Shown: positions 42,329 through 60,135, counted from the first letter of the stretch. The stretch is DNA of 64,000 nucleotides from an uncultured bacterium (GCA_902779565.1 CACZCD010000001.1:3929-67928); one strand, 5' to 3'. Notes: a model not told the origin generated them from the sequence alone. Program-made: numbers and translations.

Positions 42329-43511
42329 GATTCCCCTCCTCTCCGGACACTTCGCCGCCCGGCAGCGTCACCTTGAAAACACTTCCGCCGCCCGCGCGGT
42401 CCAGCGCCTCCACGGTACCGCCCATCCCGCGCACGAGGCCCGAGACGATCGCAAGCCCGAGACCCAACCCGCGCTGCGGCGCCGTCTCGTCCGTCCCTTG
42501 GTAAAAACGTTCAAAGAGCGCCTCCCGCGGCCCGGGCGGAAGTCCCGGCCCCCGATCCGCCACTTCCACCTCCACCTGCCCTTTCGCACCGGGACGGAAA
42601 GAGACCTCAATCGTCTCATCCCCGGCGTACTTGCAGGCGTTCTCCACAAGATTGATGACGATCTGCTCAACCTTGTCTCGGTCGGCGCAGGCCCTCACGG
42701 GCGATTCGCCCGAAACCGACAGCGCACAGTCGGGATAGCGGCGGCGCATGAGCCCGACCGCCGACGCCACCACCTCGCCGAGTTCAAAGGGCGCACGGGC
42801 GAAGGTGAGCTTTCCGTTGCGCAAACGCACCATCGTCAGAAGCTCATTGATCATGCGCGACATGCGCACCGATTCCCGTCGCACCGTCTCAAGCGCCTCC
42901 GCCTGATGGCGAGCCTCCTTGATGCCGCCTTCCGCCAGAGCGGAGGCGAGCGGCACGATACTCGCGAGCGGCGTGTTGAGTTCGTGCGACACCATGTCGA
43001 GGAAGGTCTCCTTGACCTCAAGGTCTTCACGCGCGCGCCGCGCAGTGCCGACCAGCCGCCAACTATTGGAAAACAGTATGATAAAGATGAGGATTATCAT
43101 GACCGCCCCGAGACCGAACAAATAAAACGTCAGGCGGTCCTGATACACGAAGCCACGCTCGTTGTAGCCGATCACAGAGCCGTCGCCCAACCGCGCCCAG
43201 CCGATGACCGTTCCATTAGTAGAGGGGATCCAGCCATACTTCGCGCGCGGGGAGGCATTCGTGCCGATCGGCGCCAGTCCCTTGTCCCATTGGTAGTCAG
43301 CCTTCCCATCCTTCTCGTAGGCCCTCACGCGCGTCAGTAGGCGGGACTTGAGATTCGATTCGTAATGCTCAAACTGCACCTCGCGCCGCGCCCGCCTCAT
43401 CTCGTCCGTCAACCCGCTCGTGCCGAACACGAGCAGGAGCAGCCCGGCGGCGGTGATGAGAACGGCCGAAAGACCGATGAACAGGAAATATGTGCGAATG
43501 TCACGATCCAT
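42321..43511 (-). CDS. Sensor histidine kinase
   Basis: Two TM segments, H-box MVSHELNTPLASI, and HATPase_c N/G boxes (NLVENACKY, DRGPGLP, GLGLGLAIV). It overlaps the response-regulator start by 8 nt. Confidence 0.92.
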   Translation of the reverse strand: MDRDIRTYFLFIGLSAVLITAAGLLLLVFGTSGLTDEMRRARREVQFEHYESNLKSRLLTRVRAYEKDGKADYQWDKGLAPIGTNASPRAKYGWIPSTNGTVIGWARLGDGSVIGYNERGFVYQDRLTFYLFGLGAVMIILIFIILFSNSWRLVGTARRAREDLEVKETFLDMVSHELNTPLASIVPLASALAEGGIKEARHQAEALETVRRESVRMSRMINELLTMVRLRNGKLTFARAPFELGEVVASAVGLMRRRYPDCALSVSGESPVRACADRDKVEQIVINLVENACKYAGDETIEVSFRPGAKGQVEVEVADRGPGLPPGPREALFERFYQGTDETAPQRGLGLGLAIVSGLVRGMGGTVEALDRAGGGSVFKVTLPGGEVSGEEGNHG

Positions 43512-43523
43512 GGCATCGCCCCA

Positions 43524-45440
43524 TCACAACGCGTCTGTCATGAATGTATGCGCCACCGTCCAAGGCGCGCTCTTGATCCGTTTCATGCGCATCAAAAGCG
43601 AAAGGCGGTGGCGTTCAAGCTCCGCATCGCCCCGTGCCGGCAGTTCGCCGAGACGGCGTCGGATCGCATCGCCCCATAGCCGCCGCAGAAAATCCTCAAG
43701 AATGCGCGCTGGGTCCAACTCGGAAAGCGATGCGCGCTCCCGCGACAGGAACACGCCCTCCAAAAGCGCACCATCCGCCGCGGAAAGCGTCCCGCGGAGT
43801 TCCGCCATCGCCTGCTCGTTCCCGCGCGTCTCCTGCACATAGGCGTGAACGAACCCGCACGTCAACGCATGCTGGAAAATCGTGTCGGGCGCATAGGATT
43901 CCAGCATCTCCGTCAGCTGCCCATCCGGTCCGTTTCCGAACAGAAACTCCATGAGTGCCATCTCTGTCCGAGGCGGCGGATTGTTCTCCGGAGCCGCAGC
44001 GTCTTCCGAGGGTTGAGAGTTGGGAGTTGAGGGTTGAGGGCTTGCCGCGCCGAAGCCTTCGGCGGAGGCGGGTTGCGTACTTCCTCTTCCCTCTTCCCTC
44101 TTCCCTCTTCCCTCTTCCCTCTTCCCTTTCTCTAGATCCTCCTCAAGGGCGGCGACCGGTATCTTCAGAAGTGTGGAAGCCTCCTGCAGCAAACTGGCGC
44201 GCATGACCGCGCTCGAACTGCACCTGACCAACGCCAAGACAGCGCGCGCCGCGCGGGAGATCGCATCGTAGGAGTCAGGTGTCTGCTCCATCGCGCGGGC
44301 GATGCGTACTTGAAAGGCGACCAGCGACTCAGCCGAATCAAGGCAGGCCTGAAACGCCGCCGGACCTTTCGTGCGAAGCAGAGAATCTGGGTCTTCGCCC
44401 GGCGGAAGACTTGCCACGCGCACCAACAATCCGGCGGCCAGCATCTCGCCGCCCGTGCGAATCGCCGCCTTCTGTCCAGCGGCATCGGCGTCAAAGACCA
44501 GCACGGCGGCATCGGCGACCTTCTTCAGGATCTGGACATGCTCCTTCGTGAAGGCCGTCCCCTGCGACGCGATCGCACGGGAGAATCCCGCCGCATGGCA
44601 GCGGATCACATCGATCTGCCCTTCGCAGACGATGGCCTCGCGAACGGGCTTGGCGTTGGCGATCTTCCCCGCCGCAAGATCGAACGCATAGAGAACATCC
44701 GACTTCCGGAAGATGAGCGTCTCGGGCGAATTGACGTACTTGCCGCCGCGCATCTTCGTCTTATCCGTCTCAAGCGTCCGTCCCGAGAACGCGATCACGC
44801 GTCCAGACCGGTCACGGATCGAGAACATGACGCGTCCGGCGAACGGCGAGTACCAGCGTCCGCCCGGATACTTCGGCGGACGCAGCACGCCGGCCGCCTC
44901 AAGCTCTTCGGTGGTGAAATGATGCTTCTCCGCCCATTTGAGCATCGCCTCGGCCTGCTGCGGCGCGTAGCCGATCTGGAACTGCTCCGCGATCTCGTCC
45001 GGGATGTCGCGCGACGCGAGATAGTTGCGCGCACGCGCCGCCTCAGCGGCCGTCTTGAGGCAACGCCGGTAGAACGCCGCCAACTCGGCGTGGAGCACAA
45101 GTTGGCGCTTGCGCGCGGCCGCTTGCGGATCGCTATTCGTCTCCTCGATGGTGATGTTCGCCGCCGCCGCCAGCTTCTTCGCCGCCTCCACGAAGCCCAG
45201 CCCCTCGTACTTCATCACGAACTTGATCACGTCGCCGGACTCGCCGCAACCGAAGCAGTGGTAGAATCCCTTCGCCGGCTGGATGTTGAAACTCGGCGTC
45301 TTTTCATGATGAAACGGGCAGCAGGCCTTGTACGACCCACCTGCCCGTTTCACTTGGATCCCGTAGCTGGCGATCAAATCTGCAAGGTCCGTACGGGCCT
45401 TGATCTCTTCGATCGTCTGCTCCGAAATGCCGAAGGCCAT
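43524..45440 (-). CDS. dnaG: DNA primase
   Basis: Zn ribbon CPFHHEKTPSFNIQPAKGFYHCFGCGESGD, a Toprim domain (EGQIDV...VFDADAAG), and a C-terminal helicase-interaction region. Confidence 0.95.
   Translation of the reverse strand: MAFGISEQTIEEIKARTDLADLIASYGIQVKRAGGSYKACCPFHHEKTPSFNIQPAKGFYHCFGCGESGDVIKFVMKYEGLGFVEAAKKLAAAANITIEETNSDPQAAARKRQLVLHAELAAFYRRCLKTAAEAARARNYLASRDIPDEIAEQFQIGYAPQQAEAMLKWAEKHHFTTEELEAAGVLRPPKYPGGRWYSPFAGRVMFSIRDRSGRVIAFSGRTLETDKTKMRGGKYVNSPETLIFRKSDVLYAFDLAAGKIANAKPVREAIVCEGQIDVIRCHAAGFSRAIASQGTAFTKEHVQILKKVADAAVLVFDADAAGQKAAIRTGGEMLAAGLLVRVASLPPGEDPDSLLRTKGPAAFQACLDSAESLVAFQVRIARAMEQTPDSYDAISRAARAVLALVRCSSSAVMRASLLQEASTLLKIPVAALEEDLEKGKREEGRGKREEGRGSTQPASAEGFGAASPQPSTPNSQPSEDAAAPENNPPPRTEMALMEFLFGNGPDGQLTEMLESYAPDTIFQHALTCGFVHAYVQETRGNEQAMAELRGTLSAADGALLEGVFLSRERASLSELDPARILEDFLRRLWGDAIRRRLGELPARGDAELERHRLSLLMRMKRIKSAPWTVAHTFMTDAL
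44012..44126. repeat. Heptamer tandem repeats in the dnaG linker: (GTTGRGR)x4, palindrome GCCGAAG-C-CTTCGGC, (TCTTCCC)x5
   Basis: Read directly. It encodes EKGKREEGRGKREEGRGSTQPASAEGFGAASPQPSTPNSQPSE in the primase frame. Confidence 0.9.
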
Positions 45441-45458
45441 CGCTGACCTCTCTCGGCC

Positions 45459-49796
<4,338 letters not shown>

Positions 49797-49818
49797 TGTT
49801 CCGTTCTCCTTGCGAAAA

Positions 49819-53751
<3,933 letters not shown>

Positions 53752-53852
53752 GGTTCTTACCTTTCTTCTTTCAACTGGAAATTCGCGAAATCACGCGCAA
53801 ATGAAGTCCGGTAAGCGGCCGGTTTGTTAACTGTTAAGGCGTGAAGCGGCGT

Positions 53853-53881
53853 AAGATATCAAATCCGCGTCTAAAAAGCAA
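53853..53881 (-). promoter_or_regulatory. Candidate rpoBC promoter TTGCTT-N17-TATCTT
   Basis: The minus strand reads TTGCTT tttagacgcggatttga TATCTT, in the AT-richer 215-bp gap between dtd and rpoB. Confidence 0.3.
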
Positions 53882-53966
53882 GCACTAAAAAATTAATTAC
53901 CGAAAAACGGGAAACCGCTTCATTTTCGGCAGAATGTTTTCCGATTGGGCAAACGGAGGGGTGGAT

Positions 53967-54410
53967 TTAGGTCAGAAGCTCTACCGAAAACGGTCCGTCG
54001 TTGAGGAGGCGCACCTTCATCTCCGCGCCGAAACGACCAGTGCCGACGCGCGACGCGCCGAGCTTCGCGCGGAGATCCGCCACCACGCGTTCATACAGCG
54101 GTTCCGCGAGTTCCGGACGCGCCGCGTTCGAAAATCCCGGGCGCCGCCCGTGGGACGTATCGGCATAGAGCGTGAACTGCGACACCACGATCACGCTACC
54201 GCCCACGTCGAGAAGCGAGCGGTTCGTCTTCCCGGCCTCATCCTCGAAGATGCGCAACGTGCAGAGGCGCTCGGCCATTTCGTCCGCCGCCTTCTCCGTA
54301 TCCGTGTGAGTCACGCCAAGCAGCACAAGATAGCCCTGCCCGATCTCCGCGACCCGTTCGCCCGCAATCTCGACCGACGCCTCGGTCACGCGTTGGACCC
54401 ATGCCTTCAT
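53967..54410 (-). CDS. dtd: D-aminoacyl-tRNA deacylase
   Basis: MKAWVQRVTEASVEI...GYLVLLGV...VSQFTLYADT..GRRPGF...NDGPF. Start placed at ATG 54410. Confidence 0.93.
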   Translation of the reverse strand: MKAWVQRVTEASVEIAGERVAEIGQGYLVLLGVTHTDTEKAADEMAERLCTLRIFEDEAGKTNRSLLDVGGSVIVVSQFTLYADTSHGRRPGFSNAARPELAEPLYERVVADLRAKLGASRVGTGRFGAEMKVRLLNDGPFSVELLT

Positions 54411-54432
54411 GCCGTCTGCCCTCCGTGTCACC

Positions 54433-54663
54433 TTACCGGCGGATGTCGCGGCTGACCCCGTTCGTCGCCACGTTCAGCAAGATGTCCAGCTTGGAATCCA
54501 TACCCTCAAGGCGGCTGTTCAACCCAGCCACGTCATGGTCGATCTTTTCCTGCAGCATGCTGTTCGTCACCGCATCCGGCTGCGCGGTGAGCCGCATGCC
54601 GATGTACAGTCCGCCAATGAACACAACGGTCAGCACGAGTGCCGTGATCAATGCTATCTTCAT
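54433..54663 (-). CDS. Small single-pass membrane protein
   Basis: 76 aa with an N-terminal TM helix (IALITALVLTVVFIGGLYIG). The ATG overlaps the upstream stop (ATGA). Confidence 0.55.
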   Translation of the reverse strand: MKIALITALVLTVVFIGGLYIGMRLTAQPDAVTNSMLQEKIDHDVAGLNSRLEGMDSKLDILLNVATNGVSRDIRR

Positions 54664-55118
54664 TTCGTTTCCTCCTTTTCAAGGGATTCCAAAAGACGGG
54701 TGCAACCCAAAATGACATCGGCATACGTCTCCTCGAAATTGCCGGTGTACCACGGATCGGCGACATCGCGATCAAGCCCCGCATACGTCAGAAGCTTGCG
54801 CAACTTCGAGCGGTCATCCGGGAAAACGAGTCGCCGGAGATCGGCCATATTGTAGCCATCCATGCCGACGATGAGATCGTATTCGGATGCCTTCGCCGCC
54901 GAAAGGAGCCACGCCGCGCGGGGTGTATAGGGGATGCCGTGGTGATCCAGCTCCCGCCGCGTGCCGCGATGGATGTCATGGCCAAGCTCGTCCGTGTGCA
55001 ACGCCGCCGATTCCACAACAACGTCATGCCGCCCCGCCTTCTCCAGCAGATCCTTCATCACAAACTCCGCCATCGGACTTCGGCAAATGTTGCCATGACA
55101 AACAAAGAGCAGCTTCAT
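54660..55118 (-). CDS. Low-molecular-weight protein tyrosine phosphatase
   Basis: MKLLFVCHGNICRSPMAE (CX5R(S) P-loop) and a DPW/Y region (VADPWY). Start placed at ATG 55118. Confidence 0.9.
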   Translation of the reverse strand: MKLLFVCHGNICRSPMAEFVMKDLLEKAGRHDVVVESAALHTDELGHDIHRGTRRELDHHGIPYTPRAAWLLSAAKASEYDLIVGMDGYNMADLRRLVFPDDRSKLRKLLTYAGLDRDVADPWYTGNFEETYADVILGCTRLLESLEKEETK

Positions 55119-55216
55119 CCTACGCTTCTTCTTTGTTGCCTTTCGGCAGACTCTTTGCATGGTTTTCAGCATCTCTGTGCATAACTACCCGCTCTTTTGG
55201 GGGTTTTGGCGTTCAA

Positions 55217-55237
55217 TTATCCACACACTTATCCACA
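55217..55237 (+). promoter_or_regulatory. Two perfect consensus DnaA boxes (TTATCCACA) separated by 3 bp
   Basis: TTATCCACA at 55217-55225 and 55229-55237. A one-mismatch box lies in the opposite orientation at 55176-55184 (TGTGCATAA). Confidence 0.7.
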
Positions 55238-55261
55238 ATCCTGTCAATATCGGTTCATAAC

Positions 55262-56023
55262 TTACGCCCAGACCATCGCCGCCGTGGACAAAACAAGACC
55301 ATCTGCCGGACGTCGGATGAGGTGGAGCGTGCGCCCTTCCGCGCGAAAACATTCCGATACGAGCAGGTCACCGGCTTTCGCCGCCGCGCGGAACACAACA
55401 TCCATCTCCGCAGGGCCTGTCCCCAGAGTTGAAGGGTCTGTCCCCACAGGCATCGTTTCAAGCATCCATTCGACATAGTGGACGTTGTTGACATGGTCGT
55501 TGAAATCAAGGTCGCTCTGGCGCACGCGAATCTCAACGCGGGACGTCACATCGGGAAGCTGCGTGAACTTGCCGCCGATGTCATCGAAGAGAATGTCCGG
55601 TGTATCGGCGGGGACGAGATCGGCAAAGGTTTCAGGAAGCTTGGCGATCTTCTGCGCCTTCATATCGACATACAGCCATTCGGAGTGCGCCTGCAACACT
55701 TCCGTCCCAGCCCCATCCGCGCCCTGGAAGCAGCGCGTGGCGATGAGCCGCCCCTTCATGCCGCTGGGCCAGGTGCGCAAGGTGATCTTCTCGCCCCACG
55801 GCACATAGCGCGTCACTTTCAGGTGCAGACGCGACAACATCCATGTGAGACCCTCTTCCTGCAGCTTGCGGATGCCCCAGCCGAGTTTCTCTGCGTTCAA
55901 GCCGGCAATCTCCTGCAGGAAATTGCACAGCGTCGGAAGCGAAACGTGGTTCGTCACGCCCGATTCGTAAGATCGCACGGCGAAAGTTTCGTCTAAATAG
56001 AATTTCGGCTCATAAAATCTCAT
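55262..56023 (-). CDS. Acyl-ACP thioesterase
   Basis: 253 aa with the double hot-dog FatA/B-like pattern (FAVRSYE...LCNFLQEIAGLNAEKLGWG...WMLSRLHLKV...DLDFNDHVNNVHY). Confidence 0.88.
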   Translation of the reverse strand: MRFYEPKFYLDETFAVRSYESGVTNHVSLPTLCNFLQEIAGLNAEKLGWGIRKLQEEGLTWMLSRLHLKVTRYVPWGEKITLRTWPSGMKGRLIATRCFQGADGAGTEVLQAHSEWLYVDMKAQKIAKLPETFADLVPADTPDILFDDIGGKFTQLPDVTSRVEIRVRQSDLDFNDHVNNVHYVEWMLETMPVGTDPSTLGTGPAEMDVVFRAAAKAGDLLVSECFRAEGRTLHLIRRPADGLVLSTAAMVWA

Positions 56024-56030
56024 GCCGCAA

Positions 56031-56039
56031 ATTATACCA
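56031..56039 (-). promoter_or_regulatory. Extended -10 TGGTATAAT, 7 nt from the thioesterase ATG (leaderless geometry)
   Basis: The minus strand reads TGGTATAAT ttgcggc ATG, with no SD. Confidence 0.55.
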
Positions 56040-56111
56040 CAAGTCTTCGCAATCTAACGCGCCGATCTTCGGCATCGCCTCCAACCCCCTGAAGAATGTA
56101 TCGGCGGAGCC

Positions 56112-57890
56112 TCACCGGTTCGGCAACTCATAAAATCGAGTCTGGATCGGTGCAAGCTCGATCAGAATGTTGCGCTGCGGGAACCCATTGCCAAGATCGA
56201 GCGAACAAGAAACCGTTTCACGCGACGAATTCACCGCCACCAAATGAACTTTGTCTTCATGTCGCCACGCGCGCACGCCCACTGCTTTGGGGAGCTTTGC
56301 CGCTCCCGGGAGCACCACATCTTCATCAAGCATGACAGGTATCATATCGGCAATTTCACGGGCCACTTTCAGCACTTCGCCGAGTACGCGATCCTTGTCC
56401 GCCGGCTTCAGGAATGAAAGCAGGCTATGCATAGAATACCACGTAAGACCATTTGCCCCTCCTGCTATCGCCTGCCAAGCCATGTTGCGCATCTCGTTTT
56501 CTGTTGGCATGCGCCGCACATGGTTACCGCGCGCACGCTCATCTGCGACACCCCGGTACCAAGTCCAATCAAAGGATTGTAGCGTCATTATAAGCGGCTT
56601 CGAGGCGAAGATTCCGCTGTTCAGCTGACGCGTGTAGTCAAGAACCTGCCCTATCTCCGCACCGCCGCCTATCGGATAGGGATCGGCGCAGATCACATCT
56701 TGGCAATCCAGAAACATCCTGGCGTAGTAAATCCTGTCGAAACAGGAACGCGTGGGGTGGTCAGGGTCGTGCAAACGTGCGAGCCGTTCATGTTTGCGCA
56801 TCTTGTCTGCATTCCCAAAAGCGTGGGGTTCATCGTAGAGATACCACATCAACACACAGGGACGCCCCTTTAACTCCTGTAGTTTCATCACAAGTCCGCC
56901 ATCATCGTGTGGGAGCCTTGCTATGGCCATTTTACCGCACTTCTCAATCCAATCCAGCAATTTGCCATCTACACCGTTCATCACAAATGAATTGTAACTG
57001 CACTCTTCAAGCATTCTGCGTACATCCGGACCCAGTTTCAAATCGGCTCCCCACAAGGTCGTTGCCAAAGGCCAGAACTTCTTTCCGCGTACAACAAACT
57101 TTCCGTCCGGCCCGCACCAGACCTCTGGATGCGTCAAGCCGTTGGTCCTGGCAAACTTCATCGTGGCCGACCATAGCTCACCCGTTCCGTCCGACCGTAA
57201 AAGCACGAATCTGAAATCGTTAGTCCCCATTGCCATGTCGCAGACCGGCACTTTCGCCAAAGCGGAATGTTCCACTCCGGAAAACTCCATCCGTATGCGT
57301 CTGGCATGTCCGTCAGCTCCGGGATATTCCATCTCAGCGCGACAGCCCAAAGTCGAGAATCCACTGTTGAATGACATCGTGAATGTGACATCACCATCCC
57401 ACGCTTCGTCCCGGTAAGCGGAGTTTACAACATAATCAACTGGCGAGGGATCAAACGGCTCTACCTTCGCATCGGCCAACCAAACCTTGCCAACCGCCTT
57501 TTTCTCGGTATATTGCTCAAAGTAGGCGTACACGGCATTTGTTGGTATGGTCACGCTCGTATCGGCAAGTTCGTACCAGTCCGCGCTGCCCTTTTTCCCA
57601 CGGACAGAAAAACCACCGTGACACGTCTCCGTTCTGCACACCTTTCCGTGCGCATCATAAATCCAGAAACCGATGCGGGCCTCGCTCTCCCTTCCGTCCT
57701 TAAGCCGCAGATTATCCTGCTTGAAGCGGCACGACACCCTGTACCGCTTGCCCGGCACAAGATCAACCTTTGTCTTGAAAGAGAACGGGGCTTCATGGAG
57801 GCCGTTCTTGGATTCATTAACGGCATTCGCAAATCCGCACAGTCCTGCTGAACAGATCGCTGCAACAATTACCAACTTATGGATTTTCAT
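56112..57890 (-). CDS. Secreted protein, putative clan GH-A-like glycoside hydrolase with an N-terminal CBM-like domain
   Basis: Signal peptide MKIHKLVIVAAICSAGLCGFANA. A WYLYDEP motif resembles the NEP acid/base strand of TIM-barrel hydrolases. Visibly lower GC than the flanks. Function tentative. Confidence 0.6.
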   Translation of the reverse strand: MKIHKLVIVAAICSAGLCGFANAVNESKNGLHEAPFSFKTKVDLVPGKRYRVSCRFKQDNLRLKDGRESEARIGFWIYDAHGKVCRTETCHGGFSVRGKKGSADWYELADTSVTIPTNAVYAYFEQYTEKKAVGKVWLADAKVEPFDPSPVDYVVNSAYRDEAWDGDVTFTMSFNSGFSTLGCRAEMEYPGADGHARRIRMEFSGVEHSALAKVPVCDMAMGTNDFRFVLLRSDGTGELWSATMKFARTNGLTHPEVWCGPDGKFVVRGKKFWPLATTLWGADLKLGPDVRRMLEECSYNSFVMNGVDGKLLDWIEKCGKMAIARLPHDDGGLVMKLQELKGRPCVLMWYLYDEPHAFGNADKMRKHERLARLHDPDHPTRSCFDRIYYARMFLDCQDVICADPYPIGGGAEIGQVLDYTRQLNSGIFASKPLIMTLQSFDWTWYRGVADERARGNHVRRMPTENEMRNMAWQAIAGGANGLTWYSMHSLLSFLKPADKDRVLGEVLKVAREIADMIPVMLDEDVVLPGAAKLPKAVGVRAWRHEDKVHLVAVNSSRETVSCSLDLGNGFPQRNILIELAPIQTRFYELPNR

Positions 57891-57999
57891 TTCCCCTCCC
57901 CCTTCTTCGCCGCCGGCTGCGCCAAGGCAAGACAAACTGTGGCAAAGAAAATTCCTTTCACGTTGTTCCTCCCTGTCGCGCGTACCCGCGCCATTGACA

Positions 58000-60135
58000 C
58001 TACTTAACGATGAAGAACCGATCGTAGAAAATGCGGTTCGGGCCTTGTGCGCCCTTTACGAACGCCGGGCCGGTGAACTTCGCTGAGACCCAGAACTCGC
58101 GCTCCTCCACACGCGGCTCGAACGACGGGATCCAAGGATTGAACTTCCCGTCGCCTATGTACGAGCGCGCCGACGCCACGAGACCCACCTTGCCGATCTT
58201 CACGAGATGGAACTTGCCGTCCGACGGGATCTGCTCCTTCTTGAGCGACATCCAACTGCTCTTGCGCGTCCATCCGTCATGCACGCTGGCCTTGAACGGC
58301 ATTCCGCACTTCGCGGCCGGGTCGTACGCGGAATGGCCGATGGCGGAATCCGGGTCGGGGGCATCCACTAGGCCGTGCTTGATCCGCGTCACGCTCCATT
58401 CGATCACGTCCCGCCCTTCCAGCTCCTTCGGCGTGGGCGGCGGGAAGCTTGCCGCGAACGCCCTCATCCGCTCGCCCTCCCTGCGTGCGGCCTCCATGCG
58501 CGGAGCGCGGTCCTTCGGCCAGAAGCCCCAGGCGTCAACAACGTTCGTGGCGCAGACGGCGATGCGCTCCGCCGCCGCACGCACGTCAAGCCCCGACGCC
58601 GACGCCACGCGCCATTCGTCCACAAGCGCCCTGTCGAACACGAGCCTTTCGTGGCGCACGTGCGCGAGCTGGGCCGGGCTGCCCTTGGCGGCGGCGATGC
58701 GCTCAGCCTCATCGAGCATGGGTGCCGCCGTCGCGAAGAACTCCCCGTCGAGGTAACCTCGCTGAACGTACATCGCGAGATGGCCGGACGTGATCGAGCG
58801 TATGAACGCCGGATCAATCTCCGCGCACTTCGCCTTCTGCCGCCGCTCGAGGTAGTCGCGGTACTTCCCGATCGCCCCCGCCGCCGCGCCATAGTGGGCG
58901 CCCATGAACTCCGCCGCCAGCCGCCTCGCGTCCTGGTCGGGGTTGTCGGCGAGCTTGAAGAAGAGCCACACGTCCATCAGCGCGAACGACCTGCTGAGCG
59001 GTTCCTCGCCCTCCAGAAAATATCCGTGCACGTGCATGTCGCGGCAGAAGCGCATTTCAGCGCCGATGTCGTCGCATGGCTTTACCGCCGGGAACATCGG
59101 CCCGGAATATCCGCGCCAGTATCCCCACACGTACTTCTGCTCCACGTGGTCGTCCCATCCCCTGAACACGCGCCCGTTGTCGGTGTCCGCCGTGAGCGGC
59201 TGGAACAGGAAGCTGCGGCAGTAGCGGATCGCGAGGTTGCGGGCGGCCCGCAGCGCGTTCGTCGGCGGCAGCTCGGTGTAGGAGTAGGCGAACGTGCGCA
59301 CCGTCACGTCGGGGAACTCGCGCCCCACCTCCTCCGCCACGGCGCTCGCGAACTCGATGTTCGGCCCGGACCACGATCCCGCCGCCTCCTTTGACCGCAG
59401 GCACGCCGCGCAGCGGCACCTGAATCCGTTGCCGCCGTCGTCCTGGCTCAGCTCGTATGTCGTAGGCCACGAATAGCGCGGGGATTTCGCGCGCTCTTCG
59501 CGGTCGCGCCTGATGTTCGCCTTCATCTGCTCCGCCACGCCGTGGCGCACCGCTGGGTCGGAAAGGCAGAACCACGGATATTCGGCGCTCCCCTGGAAAT
59601 TCGTGAGCCCCTTCGCGTACACGCCGAACGTGTGGCAGTCCTTCGGTGCTCCGCTCTGCTCGGTGTCCCCCACGCCCGCGCGCGCGGTCCCCTTGTTGCG
59701 GAAAAACCACGTGGACGGCACCTTGTCGGCGCCGCCGAGGTACGGGAACCGGCTCAGTATCGCGGGCCGCCCCTCGAACTCCATCTCCGGCAGCGTCCAT
59801 CCAGAGAGGTCTGGCTTCCTCTCGGTGTCGGGCGCGTACCAGCGGCATCCGATGCGCTCGAGGAAGGAATAGACGCCATACGCCACGCCAAGCCCGTCGC
59901 GCCCTGTCACGGTGAGGTCACCACTCTTCGCCTTCACCCGCCACGCCTGCGTCGGCATCGCGGGATCGATCGCAAACCGTACCTTCACCGGCCGGTCGCC
60001 CAGCACCGCCAGCAGATCCTTCGCCGCCGTGCGCGCGGCAGGGTCGTCCAACGGTACCACAATCTCCGCCGCCATTACCGGAAGTGTCACGCTTGTCGCG
60101 ACCGCCACACCGATTGCAAATATTTGACCTCTCAT
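58000..60135 (-). CDS. DUF4838 domain protein (GH20-like/alpha-glucuronidase-like fold, secreted)
   Basis: Signal peptide. The N-terminal GRDGLGVAYGVYSFLERIGCRWYAPD pattern is typical of DUF4838. Start placed at ATG 60135. Confidence 0.75.
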   Translation of the reverse strand: MRGQIFAIGVAVATSVTLPVMAAEIVVPLDDPAARTAAKDLLAVLGDRPVKVRFAIDPAMPTQAWRVKAKSGDLTVTGRDGLGVAYGVYSFLERIGCRWYAPDTERKPDLSGWTLPEMEFEGRPAILSRFPYLGGADKVPSTWFFRNKGTARAGVGDTEQSGAPKDCHTFGVYAKGLTNFQGSAEYPWFCLSDPAVRHGVAEQMKANIRRDREERAKSPRYSWPTTYELSQDDGGNGFRCRCAACLRSKEAAGSWSGPNIEFASAVAEEVGREFPDVTVRTFAYSYTELPPTNALRAARNLAIRYCRSFLFQPLTADTDNGRVFRGWDDHVEQKYVWGYWRGYSGPMFPAVKPCDDIGAEMRFCRDMHVHGYFLEGEEPLSRSFALMDVWLFFKLADNPDQDARRLAAEFMGAHYGAAAGAIGKYRDYLERRQKAKCAEIDPAFIRSITSGHLAMYVQRGYLDGEFFATAAPMLDEAERIAAAKGSPAQLAHVRHERLVFDRALVDEWRVASASGLDVRAAAERIAVCATNVVDAWGFWPKDRAPRMEAARREGERMRAFAASFPPPTPKELEGRDVIEWSVTRIKHGLVDAPDPDSAIGHSAYDPAAKCGMPFKASVHDGWTRKSSWMSLKKEQIPSDGKFHLVKIGKVGLVASARSYIGDGKFNPWIPSFEPRVEEREFWVSAKFTGPAFVKGAQGPNRIFYDRFFIVK

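Noticed and set aside
55176-55237. Chromosomal replication origin (oriC) at the DnaA-box pair.
   Set aside because: There are only two or three boxes, no adjacent AT-rich unwinding element, and no dnaA or dnaN nearby. I retained it only as a possible regulatory or titration site.
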